Below, piece by piece: positions 17,063 to 26,174 of a DNA stretch of 44,255 nucleotides. The first letter of the stretch is position 1; every line of letters starts with the position of its first letter. The DNA comes from a virus (taxonomy: Duplodnaviria; Caudoviricetes): positions 1 through 44,255 of IMG/VR virus record IMGVR_UViG_3300044491_000309. One strand, given 5' to 3'. Both the position numbers and the translations under genes were made by a program. Under the pieces are notes generated by a model, which worked only from the letters and a program-made list of their open reading frames with translations, did not search any database and had not been told where the DNA came from.

Positions 17063-17804
17063 TAACAAAATCTCTTAACATTTTAGCATAGTCTTTTTTC
17101 CATGCAGGTTTTAAATGTACATCACCTGTAGGTATCTTTCCTTCTTTTCTAAGCTGTTCTATATGTGCTGAGTGTCTTTGTATAATATTAGGTCTGGTTT
17201 CATCATCTGTACCCTGACCTGATTGGTGATATCCTCTACCACCCCACATATAAAACCAAGAAGCTTCATTATCTGGCATCTTTACATTCACTACACCACC
17301 AAGAGCATGAATTCTATTTGTAAGTGTCATATCCCCACCAGCATTCTCTAGTGGGCTTCTGCCTATTCTTTCCCACACATCTTTACTATACACTATTCCT
17401 GAGTTACCTATACCATTTATAGCAGTGATAGATGGTTCATTATAGAACACACCTGTTTCCCAGTGTATGATGTTAGTGTCTGGCTGCCAATGCTTAGCTA
17501 TGTTCTGAAGATGATTAGACATAGCTACATCATCATCGTCCCAAACAGCAATAAGCTCCCCTTTACATCGCTCAATAGCATAGTTCTCCTTCTCTCCTAT
17601 TAAAGGAAAGGTACTATCTAGATTGTAAATAGTCACCTGAGGATGATCAAAGATCAACTTTTGCTCAGGGTAATCATTCACTATAACTAATTCACACTTA
17701 TCTTTAGGATAGTCCTGTATGAGAAAGCTATACAATGCTTCTTCTAGTGTATCAACTCGTCCATACGTTATACACTTGCACGATATAAAGGGAAGATTGC
17801 TCAT
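17052..17804 (-). CDS. GT2 glycosyltransferase
   Basis: CITYGR..LEEA..SFL.QDYP, IVND, WDDDD, GGD motifs. Confidence 0.85.
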   Translation of the reverse strand: MSNLPFISCKCITYGRVDTLEEALYSFLIQDYPKDKCELVIVNDYPEQKLIFDHPQVTIYNLDSTFPLIGEKENYAIERCKGELIAVWDDDDVAMSNHLQNIAKHWQPDTNIIHWETGVFYNEPSITAINGIGNSGIVYSKDVWERIGRSPLENAGGDMTLTNRIHALGGVVNVKMPDNEASWFYMWGGRGYHQSGQGTDDETRPNIIQRHSAHIEQLRKEGKIPTGDVHLKPAWKKDYAKMLRDFVNVS

Positions 17805-18100
17805 TACCAAACGTGCATTACGTCAAAGGGAGACACAAGTAAAACGTCCTTATCTTCTGATAAAGGAATTACCATAGCATCTTTTAACTTACCTGGATCT
17901 ACAAGTATAACGTCTCCCACTTTGATGTTTGTTACTAAGTCTCCTACATCAAATACAGTGAGCTTAGACATTCTCTTTAACATCTCACGCTGAAGAGCTT
18001 CTTTAGTGTTCTCATCAACGATCAATTTACTTTCTTCCTTCTTTGGAATCTCTACATAGATGCGGTTTCCAAGAAGTTTTTTGTATGGTTTTTTAGCCAT
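17804..18100 (-). CDS. groES: GroES-like co-chaperonin
   Basis: KLLGNRIYVE, VGD.V..IKVGDVILV and terminal LLV...DV patterns of Cpn10. Confidence 0.65.
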   Translation of the reverse strand: MAKKPYKKLLGNRIYVEIPKKEESKLIVDENTKEALQREMLKRMSKLTVFDVGDLVTNIKVGDVILVDPGKLKDAMVIPLSEDKDVLLVSPFDVMHVW

Positions 18101-18401
18101 TGTTTTCAATATTTGTTAGGTTTCTAAATCTTTCAATGTCCTCTCCATATAAATAGGCTTCTGTTTGATAAACTTCCACCTTCTTTTTAGTACCAATCAC
18201 CTTGTTGTTTTTAACGTTGATATTAGGCACCTCTGTAGTACGCTCATGCATGTCATCTAACAACACAACAATTGTGTCATCATTCATCTGAACGCTACGA
18301 ATCACCTTATTAAGATTGATACTGTCCTTGTACTCTTTGTACTCTACAGGATCTGTGTCCTGTATGGCCTCTTTACGTGTGTAAAAGAATTGGTTTTTCA
18401 T
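18093..18401 (-). CDS. Hypothetical phage protein
   Basis: 102-aa ORF in a tight operon. Confidence 0.7.
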   Translation of the reverse strand: MKNQFFYTRKEAIQDTDPVEYKEYKDSINLNKVIRSVQMNDDTIVVLLDDMHERTTEVPNINVKNNKVIGTKKKVEVYQTEAYLYGEDIERFRNLTNIENNG

Positions 18402-18413
18402 AATGTAATGGTT

Positions 18414-18689
18414 TTAATCTTCCCACAACTCTTTAGAGTTATGGATTTCTGTTATTAAGTTTAAGTATTCATCTTTAGATAGAAGTCCTACATGTCTGTG
18501 CACTTCTTTTCCATTCACTTTAAAAAGAAGTAGTGGAACACTTCTAACGCCATGTTCTCTTGCAATCTCTGGTTGAGAGTCAATATCTATAGCAGTTATG
18601 TTTTCTACACCTTCTAGTATCTGAGCTAGTGTTCTGCATGGAGAGCACCAAGTTGCGCTAAACTTTAGCACTTCAAGACCTTCTGTCAT
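18414..18689 (-). CDS. trxA: Thioredoxin
   Basis: FSATWCSPC active site and GVRSVP cis-Pro motif. Confidence 0.9.
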   Translation of the reverse strand: MTEGLEVLKFSATWCSPCRTLAQILEGVENITAIDIDSQPEIAREHGVRSVPLLLFKVNGKEVHRHVGLLSKDEYLNLITEIHNSKELWED

Positions 18690-19089
18690 AGTATTTGTTT
18701 AAAAGGTAATCACGTATTTTATTAATCTCATCGTAACGATATATATCAGCCTCTACATTAGCATGCTCATCAGCTGTCAAAAGTATAATATTTTCTTCTA
18801 AATTCCTAAACTCTGGATATTTACTTTTAGGAAGTATGTGATGAAAATATACACTCAATGCTTCTCTGCCTAGATAGGTTCCACTCACTTCAGACCTGTG
18901 TGGTCTTTTGTTCCATATCTGTTTGAACAATATGTGGTCTTTGTTTGGTTGGGATTTACCAACACTAACTGTAGGTTTAGTAGCTAGTGTTGGCTTTTTA
19001 AATCCTCTGTTGCCAGACAGTTGTTTTCTAGGCTTATGTTTGAAGCAGTGTTCAGACTCTGAATTTGCTCCACACACTATACATTTCAT
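18673..19089 (-). CDS. HNH/NinG-like nuclease
   Basis: N-terminal CxxC..C..H, and HHILPKS.YP..R...ENI.LL...EH. Confidence 0.55.
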   Translation of the reverse strand: MKCIVCGANSESEHCFKHKPRKQLSGNRGFKKPTLATKPTVSVGKSQPNKDHILFKQIWNKRPHRSEVSGTYLGREALSVYFHHILPKSKYPEFRNLEENIILLTADEHANVEADIYRYDEINKIRDYLLNKYYDRRS

Positions 19090-20198
19090 ATGTCAAATAG
19101 ATCAGGTGTAAGTTGTTCTGGTTCTACCACTTCAATGCTTTTAGCTTTGTCATAGTTTATCACCTCAATGCTGGCTTCAGTTTTTTTTTCAGCCTCAGGT
19201 TGTTCTTCGACACCCTTTATAGCATTTACAATCTTGTTCTTGAGTTTGTCAAAGAAATCAACATCCTCTAACACCATCTCTTTAAACTCTTCTAGATCAT
19301 ACTTAACATCATCAAATGTATATGTCTTACCATATTTACGACCTAGATTGAATTCATGTAAGAGTTGTAATGTTTCTCCCACTCGATCAATACCTACACC
19401 ATATATTATCTCAAAGTCAGACTTTCGATATGGAGGACTCATTTTATTCTTGGTAGCTTTCACCTTTGTAAGGTTACCATAAATATCTTGTCCATCTTTT
19501 GCAAGTGATCTGCTCACCTCTATTCTACAATCTGAGTAGAACTTAAGTGCATGACCACCTTGTGTAGTTGTTGGGTTACCAAACATAACACCAATCTTCT
19601 CACGATACTGAGAGATTACAATAACACATGTGTTTGTACCATGAGCAATGCTTTTAATCTTTGGGTAGGCACCACTATTAAGTCTTGCCTTCTTACCAAT
19701 TGCATGATCTCCAACATCACCATCTAACACAGCTTTAGGAATAAGTGAACTATCTGAATCAATGATTACTAAATCTACTTCTCCTGACTGCATCATCTCT
19801 ACAGCAATGTTAAAACCTTCTTCACCTGATGAGGGTTGAGCAATTAACATCTCTGATGTATTTACACCTAGTGCTTCAAAATAGTTTTTATCAACAGCAT
19901 GTTCGCCATCAATATAAACTACCTTTCCTCCTTTAGCCTGGCAGCTAGCTACAGCATGTCCACATATTGTAGATTTACCTGTGCCCTCCCAGCCCATGAG
20001 TTCATACATTTTACCTTTTACAAAACCTCCAACACCTAATGTAATCCAGTCAAATCCAATTGATCCTGTACTGATTACATCATAGTTACCTTCTGTTTTG
20101 CTGTTTAATGCTAGTACGGTTCCCTTACCATACTGTTTGTTTAATTTCTCCAGTGCTTCCTGGAATTTGTCTACGGTTGCTTCTTGTTTTTTTACCAT
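19086..20198 (-). CDS. recA: RecA recombinase
   Basis: ISTGS, GWEGTGKST Walker A, YIDGEHA, QYREKIGVMFGNP.T..GG.ALKFY. Confidence 0.95.
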   Translation of the reverse strand: MVKKQEATVDKFQEALEKLNKQYGKGTVLALNSKTEGNYDVISTGSIGFDWITLGVGGFVKGKMYELMGWEGTGKSTICGHAVASCQAKGGKVVYIDGEHAVDKNYFEALGVNTSEMLIAQPSSGEEGFNIAVEMMQSGEVDLVIIDSDSSLIPKAVLDGDVGDHAIGKKARLNSGAYPKIKSIAHGTNTCVIVISQYREKIGVMFGNPTTTQGGHALKFYSDCRIEVSRSLAKDGQDIYGNLTKVKATKNKMSPPYRKSDFEIIYGVGIDRVGETLQLLHEFNLGRKYGKTYTFDDVKYDLEEFKEMVLEDVDFFDKLKNKIVNAIKGVEEQPEAEKKTEASIEVINYDKAKSIEVVEPEQLTPDLFDI

Positions 20199-20222
20199 TC
20201 TTAATTATTTAATTGTTACTTA

Positions 20223-20230
20223 CAAATATA
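20223..20230 (-). promoter_or_regulatory. -7 element TATATTTG upstream of recA
   Basis: caaatata on the + strand, 25 nt above the ATG. Confidence 0.6.
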
Positions 20231-20265
20231 GTAAATTTTGTGGATATCTCATAGTGTTTTAAAGC

Positions 20266-20293
20266 AAAAAAAAGCCTTAGATTTCTCCAAGGC
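20266..20293 (-). terminator. Intrinsic terminator
   Basis: Minus strand GCCTTGGA-GAAA-TCTAAGGC followed by T8. Confidence 0.85.
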
Positions 20294-20350
20294 CTTTTTT
20301 CACAATTAAAAACAGAACAGAAATATTTAATTCAAATCTTGTATCCCCAC
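20266..20350 (-). ncRNA. Candidate ~85-nt small RNA
   Basis: Has its own promoter (20355-20386) and terminator (20266-20293) with no meaningful ORF between; internal stem AATTAAA/TTTAATT. Confidence 0.45.
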
Positions 20351-20354
20351 ACAC

Positions 20355-20386
20355 CAAATGTAAAAAATGTATTTCAAACCACCAAA
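20355..20386 (-). promoter_or_regulatory. Bacteroidota-type promoter with no downstream CDS before a terminator
   Basis: Minus strand TTTG-N20-TACATTTG. Confidence 0.6.
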
Positions 20387-20427
20387 CTAAATTTAGTGGT
20401 GTTTGTACATTTTTTTACATAAGTTGA

Positions 20428-22053
20428 TTAGCCTTCACAGCTTGCACACTCAAGGATGTTCCTTGCAAATGCTTGTGCAGAGCTCTGGCTAAATTGATAG
20501 TAGAGAGTTTTAACACCCTCTTCGTGAGCATACAAATATAGTTGATTGATATCCTTAGCTGGTACGCTAGGATCTATCATAAGGTTTAAGCTTTGAGACT
20601 GATCAATGAACTTCTGTCTTTGTGCAGCCTGCAGAACTATCTCCTTAGGACTAATCTCTATAAATGATTTGAAAACTTCCTTTGTAGGGAAGTTTAGATG
20701 TTGTACGGATCCATCCTTCTTAAGAATAGAGTCCCATGTTTCATCAGTGTTTAACTCATACTTCTCAAGCTCAGCTTCTAAGAAAGGATTCTTATATACT
20801 GTCTTGCTCTTAGCTAAGTCTTTGATGAAATAGTTAGATTTTATAGGTTCAATACCCATACTGACCTGACCATGAATGAACGAACTAGATTTAGTTGGTG
20901 CTATGGCCATAAGTGTAGTGTTAGCATACCCCTCTCTAATAGATGTATATCCTTTAGCGTCATGTAACCACTTAGATGCATTATCAGCTCTTTCTCTTAT
21001 AGTGCTGAAGATCTCGTGGTTAAGTTGTTTAGCTCTTAAAGACTCAAACTCTATAAGCTTAGACTGGAATAGTGAGTGATATCCCAATACACCAAGTCCA
21101 ATAGCTCTGTGATCTTTTGCAAATCTATAAGCTCTTCTCATACCAGGAAGATGTTCTGCTTTCTGAATAAACTCATTCATTACAGCATTTAAGAACAGTA
21201 CGTATGTTTCCACAGCATCTGTTTCTTTTATATCATCCCAGTGTAACAAGTTGATAGATCCTAAACAACATACAAAACTGTTGAAGCTGTCTGTTGGCAG
21301 CTGTATTTCACTACACAAATTAGAAGCTGTGATTTTATATCCAAGCTCCTGATATGGTGTATTCTTGTTTGAGTTGTCAGAGAACATAATGTATGGGAAT
21401 CCAAATTCATTACGTCTTTGAATAATCTTAGCCCATATCTTACGCTTCTCTTTGCTACCAGCTTTCATACTCTTCAACCAGGCATCACTAACTGTAACAC
21501 CATATTGTAGATTCTGAATAGGATTCCCCTCTGTACCAATATCTAGAAACTCTTCTATGTCTGCATGTTCTACTGGTAAATATACAGCACATGCACCACG
21601 TCTAGCAGCAGATTGTTTACATACATCTACTACAGTGTCATACATTCTAGCATAGTGAATAGGTCCATCAGCTTGTCCACCAGTACTGATAGCAGTTCCT
21701 CTTGGTCTAATGTTACCTAGGTAGGCACTTGTACCACCACCATACTTAGACATCATACCTATCTCACGGCCTGCATTTAATATGCTATCTAGTGTATCAT
21801 CTACATTAGATCCATAACAACTGATAGGAAGTCCCTTTGCTTTACCAAAGTTAATCCATACAGGTGTAGATAGTGAATAATATCCCTTTGCCATATAGTC
21901 TTCAAACTTACATGCAAAGTCTTTTATTGCTAAATACTTCTCAGCAATGTTTGCTATATCTCTTATTCGTTGTTCAGGAGATTCATCTATGTATCCCCTG
22001 GACAAGAATGTTCTACTGTCTTCGTTAAGCCAGTAATATCTCTTATATTCCAT
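20428..22053 (-). CDS. nrdA: Ribonucleotide reductase class I alpha subunit (short, no ATP-cone)
   Basis: PISC, SNLCSEI, CCLGSINL, AIAPTKSSS, KTLYY, C-terminal CASC. Confidence 0.95.
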   Translation of the reverse strand: MEYKRYYWLNEDSRTFLSRGYIDESPEQRIRDIANIAEKYLAIKDFACKFEDYMAKGYYSLSTPVWINFGKAKGLPISCYGSNVDDTLDSILNAGREIGMMSKYGGGTSAYLGNIRPRGTAISTGGQADGPIHYARMYDTVVDVCKQSAARRGACAVYLPVEHADIEEFLDIGTEGNPIQNLQYGVTVSDAWLKSMKAGSKEKRKIWAKIIQRRNEFGFPYIMFSDNSNKNTPYQELGYKITASNLCSEIQLPTDSFNSFVCCLGSINLLHWDDIKETDAVETYVLFLNAVMNEFIQKAEHLPGMRRAYRFAKDHRAIGLGVLGYHSLFQSKLIEFESLRAKQLNHEIFSTIRERADNASKWLHDAKGYTSIREGYANTTLMAIAPTKSSSFIHGQVSMGIEPIKSNYFIKDLAKSKTVYKNPFLEAELEKYELNTDETWDSILKKDGSVQHLNFPTKEVFKSFIEISPKEIVLQAAQRQKFIDQSQSLNLMIDPSVPAKDINQLYLYAHEEGVKTLYYQFSQSSAQAFARNILECASCEG

Positions 22054-22054
22054 C

Positions 22055-23035
22055 TTAAAATAAATCGTCTACAGTTATACTCTTACTCTTTTTATTATAA
22101 TCCACTTGCTTTTTGTAAAAGAAGTCTCCCTCTTTTGTAGCTGTGATTTCTATATCAAACCATTTTGTTGATGTTAATAGTTCAGTGTTAACATCAAACA
22201 ATGGATCCATACCAATTCTCTTAAGAGAGTTATTGAAACGGTTCATAATGAAGTGTTCAATTGTTTCTTTAGGTAGAAAATCAAGTTCTCCCTTCTCAAA
22301 GATCCAATCTAATATACCACATTCAGCGCTATAAGCTTTCTTACATGCTGAGTAGATAAGATTGTTAAACTCTTCATCAAACCATTCTGGATTCTCCTTC
22401 TTAATGATGTTGATAAGTTCTGCTCCAAAGTTTCCATGAATCTCTTCTTCCTTACTTGTAGCCTCAACAACATTAGATATCCCCTTCAGGACATTCTTTT
22501 CTTTGTTGAAGCTCATCATAATCAAGAATTGACTAAACAAACTTACGTGCTCTATAAACAATGAGAACAACAGCACAGACTTAGTATACATTTTATCATC
22601 TCGTGATCTTGTACCATCTAAGTACTTTTTCAAATACTTAATTCTACCTTCTATGGCAGGCACTTCAACCACGTTCTGGAACTCTTTTTCAAGTCCTAGT
22701 ATTCTTAATAGTCTGGCATATGCATCTTTATGTCGTACTTCTGATTCAGCAAATGTAAATCCCACATCACCTATCTCTGTAATAGGCATACGTTTGTACA
22801 AATCACCCCAGAAGGTTTTTACATTCACCTCAATTTGTGCTATTGCAAGCATAGTTTTCTTGATAACATCACGCTCCTGGTTACTAAGTGTCACCTTGAA
22901 GTCTTGTATATCTTCAGTGAAGTTAAACTCTGTATCAATCCAATACGAGTGTCTGATAGCATCTTTGTACTCTAGTAATTGTGGATATTCATATGGGAGA
23001 ATATTTACCCTTGGCATAAAAATGTTGTTGTTCAT
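22055..23035 (-). CDS. nrdB: Ribonucleotide reductase beta subunit, class Id-like
   Basis: AIAQIE69VNVK73, ESEVRHKDAY, IEHVSLFSQF, EEEIH, DFF.K..DY. Confidence 0.92.
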   Translation of the reverse strand: MNNNIFMPRVNILPYEYPQLLEYKDAIRHSYWIDTEFNFTEDIQDFKVTLSNQERDVIKKTMLAIAQIEVNVKTFWGDLYKRMPITEIGDVGFTFAESEVRHKDAYARLLRILGLEKEFQNVVEVPAIEGRIKYLKKYLDGTRSRDDKMYTKSVLLFSLFIEHVSLFSQFLIMMSFNKEKNVLKGISNVVEATSKEEEIHGNFGAELINIIKKENPEWFDEEFNNLIYSACKKAYSAECGILDWIFEKGELDFLPKETIEHFIMNRFNNSLKRIGMDPLFDVNTELLTSTKWFDIEITATKEGDFFYKKQVDYNKKSKSITVDDLF

Positions 23036-23361
23036 GTTGTTATAGGTTTACCGTGTTTATCTAAATTTATAGACAAGAGTCTCTGTTCCACCTCAAACTC
23101 TACTTTGAGCATAAGGCTGATCTTTTCTTCTAACTCTTGATGAATGATTCTACCAACAAATGGTAAGATGTCCGTGAGGTTTGTGTCCACTCTAGGTATA
23201 CCACGAATAGTTGATATCTCTGTATACCTAAATCCCTCTATCTTTAGCAAATCATTAAACACTTGATTTAAAAACTGAACAACTGAAGGAACATCAATCT
23301 GCAGTCCTTCTCCGTCTAACACTAACTCGTGTGTTTCATTAAATTGTTTAGCAGTTCTCAT
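23032..23361 (-). CDS. Hypothetical protein
   Basis: 109-aa ORF coupled to nrdB. Confidence 0.7.
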   Translation of the reverse strand: MRTAKQFNETHELVLDGEGLQIDVPSVVQFLNQVFNDLLKIEGFRYTEISTIRGIPRVDTNLTDILPFVGRIIHQELEEKISLMLKVEFEVEQRLLSINLDKHGKPITT

Positions 23362-23530
23362 AGTCCATAGTTGTTGTCCTTACCCAATAGGAATTATCAG
23401 TCCGCTTGGGCTGAAAACCTAAGGATTTTGGTGTTGTTTCTGAAAGCTTGGTGATAAGTAATTCAGCTTCGTCAGCTGAGATGTGATTATCGGCAAGCAA
23501 ATCTAGTATAATTTTTCCAATTGATCTCAT
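23348..23530 (-). CDS. Small hypothetical protein
   Basis: IL.LL....ISADEAELLI (SHOCT-like helix pair). Confidence 0.6.
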   Translation of the reverse strand: MRSIGKIILDLLADNHISADEAELLITKLSETTPKSLGFQPKRTDNSYWVRTTTMDYENC

Positions 23531-23545
23531 AATTATTTGTAAAAT

Positions 23546-23932
23546 TTAGAAGATTTCTTCAAGTTGTTTCTCCATCTGAATGATTTTATTCTTCATACGT
23601 TTAACTTGTCTTCTTAAGCTTCTTGTATTTTCTGCAGTGTTAACTTCCATTTCTTGTTCTAGCTCGTTAAGAAATGGGTTTACCATCTCTCTAAAACGTT
23701 TATCAAACTCGTATAAATCTTTATACTGTTTAATACCATACAACACTGTAGCATGATCAAAACCACCTAAGGTTTTACCAATTGCATCTAAGCTATATCC
23801 ATCAGATGCATGATTGTATGCTAAATGATAGTATAGAAACCTAAAGTTCACTACGTGTCTTCTTCTAGTTTTCTCTGATAAGTTTACATTATAATAGTCT
23901 TCTACAAGTTCTTTAATCTTCTGGGTTGTCAT
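23546..23932 (-). CDS. Stand-alone DnaA domain IV-like helix-turn-helix protein
   Basis: YSLDAIGKTLGGFDHATVLYG matches the DnaA C-terminal SL..IG..FGGRDHTTV signature; coiled-coil tail. Confidence 0.75.
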   Translation of the reverse strand: MTTQKIKELVEDYYNVNLSEKTRRRHVVNFRFLYYHLAYNHASDGYSLDAIGKTLGGFDHATVLYGIKQYKDLYEFDKRFREMVNPFLNELEQEMEVNTAENTRSLRRQVKRMKNKIIQMEKQLEEIF

Positions 23933-24323
23933 TTGTCTCCTCGTTTTGAGTTAATTCCTCAGTTAACTTCTCCTCAAGCATTTTAACAGCTTGAGATAGT
24001 GCGCTAGCTTCTGCTTCTTTTCTTGTGCTGTAGCTGCCACTTTCTTTCTCATCATTTATATAATAAGAAAACTTCTTAGTCTTCCAATTGTGTTTTACAT
24101 TGATGACTATTTCTTTCTCATCAAACATATCTAAGGCAGCTCTACCACCCTCTTTAAACACTGTTACTATCTGGTCATCTGTTATACCTGACTTTATCAT
24201 AAATTCTTTGAAGGCATCATCCCTATCAAAGTCTTCTACAGATTCCATCAGCTTGTTTAGAAACCATTCTTTTAGCTGCTCCTTTGTTAAAGGGTTATCA
24301 GCTATCAATTTTTCTGCATCCAT
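23913..24323 (-). CDS. Hypothetical protein
   Basis: 136-aa ORF in an operon. Confidence 0.7.
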   Translation of the reverse strand: MDAEKLIADNPLTKEQLKEWFLNKLMESVEDFDRDDAFKEFMIKSGITDDQIVTVFKEGGRAALDMFDEKEIVINVKHNWKTKKFSYYINDEKESGSYSTRKEAEASALSQAVKMLEEKLTEELTQNEETNDNPED

Positions 24324-24325
24324 AA

Positions 24326-24892
24326 TTATTGTTTTACTAGTTTAGCATTTTCTTTTATATCGTTAATATGAAGTATTTCTTTATCCTTGTCATATCCATC
24401 CCACACTTCAAAATCATCATCCCAATCAATTCCTATCTTATTTTCCCAATACTCCACCATGTCTTCTGTCTTATTAAAGATTCTATATTGAAGAGATATC
24501 TCATCTCTGTGTAATCCATTCTTCTTTATCTTTATAACCTTCGGAAATAGTTTCTGAAAGCTACTAGAAGTTTTGGAATAACTACCTTGTCTTACAAGAC
24601 TGAAGTCTTTATTCCATTTAGGATCTAATTTATATACAACAACGACAAAACCACCTTCATAATCATAATCCTCGATGATTTGTTCTGTACGTTCATACTC
24701 TTCATCAAGAAACTCTCTAAATTTAATTATGTCTTCTGGCAGAAACAAGAGATAGACAGCACCTGGGTACTGAAAATCTCTTTCTGCATCTTCGACATAA
24801 CCATTTATAAACCCATTTTCTTTCAATGCGTTCTTTGGAACCTTTAGAGAAGGCACCATAAATATACTGGTTATTGTCTTTTTTATTGTCAT
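24326..24892 (-). CDS. Hypothetical phage protein
   Basis: 188-aa ORF directly after the exonuclease. Confidence 0.7.
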   Translation of the reverse strand: MTIKKTITSIFMVPSLKVPKNALKENGFINGYVEDAERDFQYPGAVYLLFLPEDIIKFREFLDEEYERTEQIIEDYDYEGGFVVVVYKLDPKWNKDFSLVRQGSYSKTSSSFQKLFPKVIKIKKNGLHRDEISLQYRIFNKTEDMVEYWENKIGIDWDDDFEVWDGYDKDKEILHINDIKENAKLVKQ

Positions 24893-24894
24893 TA

Positions 24895-25950
24895 TTATCT
24901 ATTACGCAAGTTAACGATTCCATTAGTCTCAAAGTTCTCTTGACTAACATCCCATAAGTTATTTTCCACTGCCCATTTAAGACCACTGATTAGGTTCTTC
25001 ACACCAGGGTAATTTCTACCCTTGTAGTCAAAACCAAGGTAAGCATCACGCATGTCTTCATCAGACAATGTATACACTAGTGGACTATAATAGTTTGCAC
25101 TATCACAGACAATGAATTTAGGATTGAGCACTTCATATTGATAGAACTCATGATCTTCATCACTGGCTATATGTTGTGCAGCTTTCTTATAAAGGTACGC
25201 CTGGATGTACGCTCTTCTGTACAAATAGTATTCCTCAAAGAAGTTCTCTACATTCCATGTGCACTTCAAATCATACACTTGTACAGTTTGTGCATCATGA
25301 TCTACCACTACCCAGTCCATCATAGATTTAAAAGCATGACCATCCACTATATAGTTTTCAACTTGTAGCTGATCATACGTAGTGTATCTACTACTGTTCA
25401 CTAGATTAACTATAGAAGATGTAACAGAGCTGCTCTTAAGTGTTTCAACTATCTTTTCAGCCATAGTGATTTCTAAACTATTCACTACAGTGAGGTTGTT
25501 AGTTCTCACTTTTCTAATCTCATGATAGTAGAGCTCTGCATCAGTGCCTACAAACTTCTTGATAACAGCCTCATACTTTATCTTGAAAGAAGATATATCA
25601 TATGCTTCTCTAGATAGGCTTTCGAAGTCTCTGGATACATTACCATCTTCATCTGTAGCATCTCTAGTGACACGATATAATGCTTCTACAAACTCAAGCA
25701 TAAGTCCTGTTGGTGTACATGCACAACTTGACATCATAAATTTATCTTCAAATAGGTGTGGTTCCCATAAGAGAGTTTCTACTAGTCTGCCCATATTAGC
25801 AGCTGCAGTTTCCTTTTCATTAATAGGTTCATTAAGTACATATTTTCTATAATACTTCTTTCTATCAAGTGAAAAGTCTTTTAAAGAACTAGAGCTGTCT
25901 AACATGACAGCCCTATAGTTCGCTTCTGTGTTTGTCTGTCCTTGAATCAT
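24895..25950 (-). CDS. PD-(D/E)xK exonuclease (RecE/Cas4-like)
   Basis: SSSSLK, G.LVETLL, KSMMD..VVDH, YDLK, Y..QAYLY motifs. Confidence 0.75.
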   Translation of the reverse strand: MIQGQTNTEANYRAVMLDSSSSLKDFSLDRKKYYRKYVLNEPINEKETAAANMGRLVETLLWEPHLFEDKFMMSSCACTPTGLMLEFVEALYRVTRDATDEDGNVSRDFESLSREAYDISSFKIKYEAVIKKFVGTDAELYYHEIRKVRTNNLTVVNSLEITMAEKIVETLKSSSVTSSIVNLVNSSRYTTYDQLQVENYIVDGHAFKSMMDWVVVDHDAQTVQVYDLKCTWNVENFFEEYYLYRRAYIQAYLYKKAAQHIASDEDHEFYQYEVLNPKFIVCDSANYYSPLVYTLSDEDMRDAYLGFDYKGRNYPGVKNLISGLKWAVENNLWDVSQENFETNGIVNLRNR

Positions 25951-26174
25951 TCTGTGTGGTTTTTAATAAATTGTATTTCTCTTTGTAAATAGTCTAGAGC
26001 TTTGTATAAATCTTTCAACTCATCATTCTTCTTACCTGCTCTGATAACATACTTCAATATGTTACCACGAGAAAATGATATATCATACATGTGACATATG
26101 TCTATAACATCTATGTTTGTTGAAGAGTCGTAGTGCTCTGGTTGAGTAAGTCTCCTCAATAATTCTCTTTCCAT
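25947..26174 (-). CDS. DUF3310 family protein
   Basis: PEHY, IDVIDI, GNILKY..RAGKK, DL.KA..YL. Confidence 0.8.
   Translation of the reverse strand: MERELLRRLTQPEHYDSSTNIDVIDICHMYDISFSRGNILKYVIRAGKKNDELKDLYKALDYLQREIQFIKNHTE

Noticed and set aside
20239-20247. DnaA box near the recA promoter (ATATCCACA on the minus strand)
   Set aside because: A single 8/9 match in AT-rich DNA is expected by chance, and there is no cluster.
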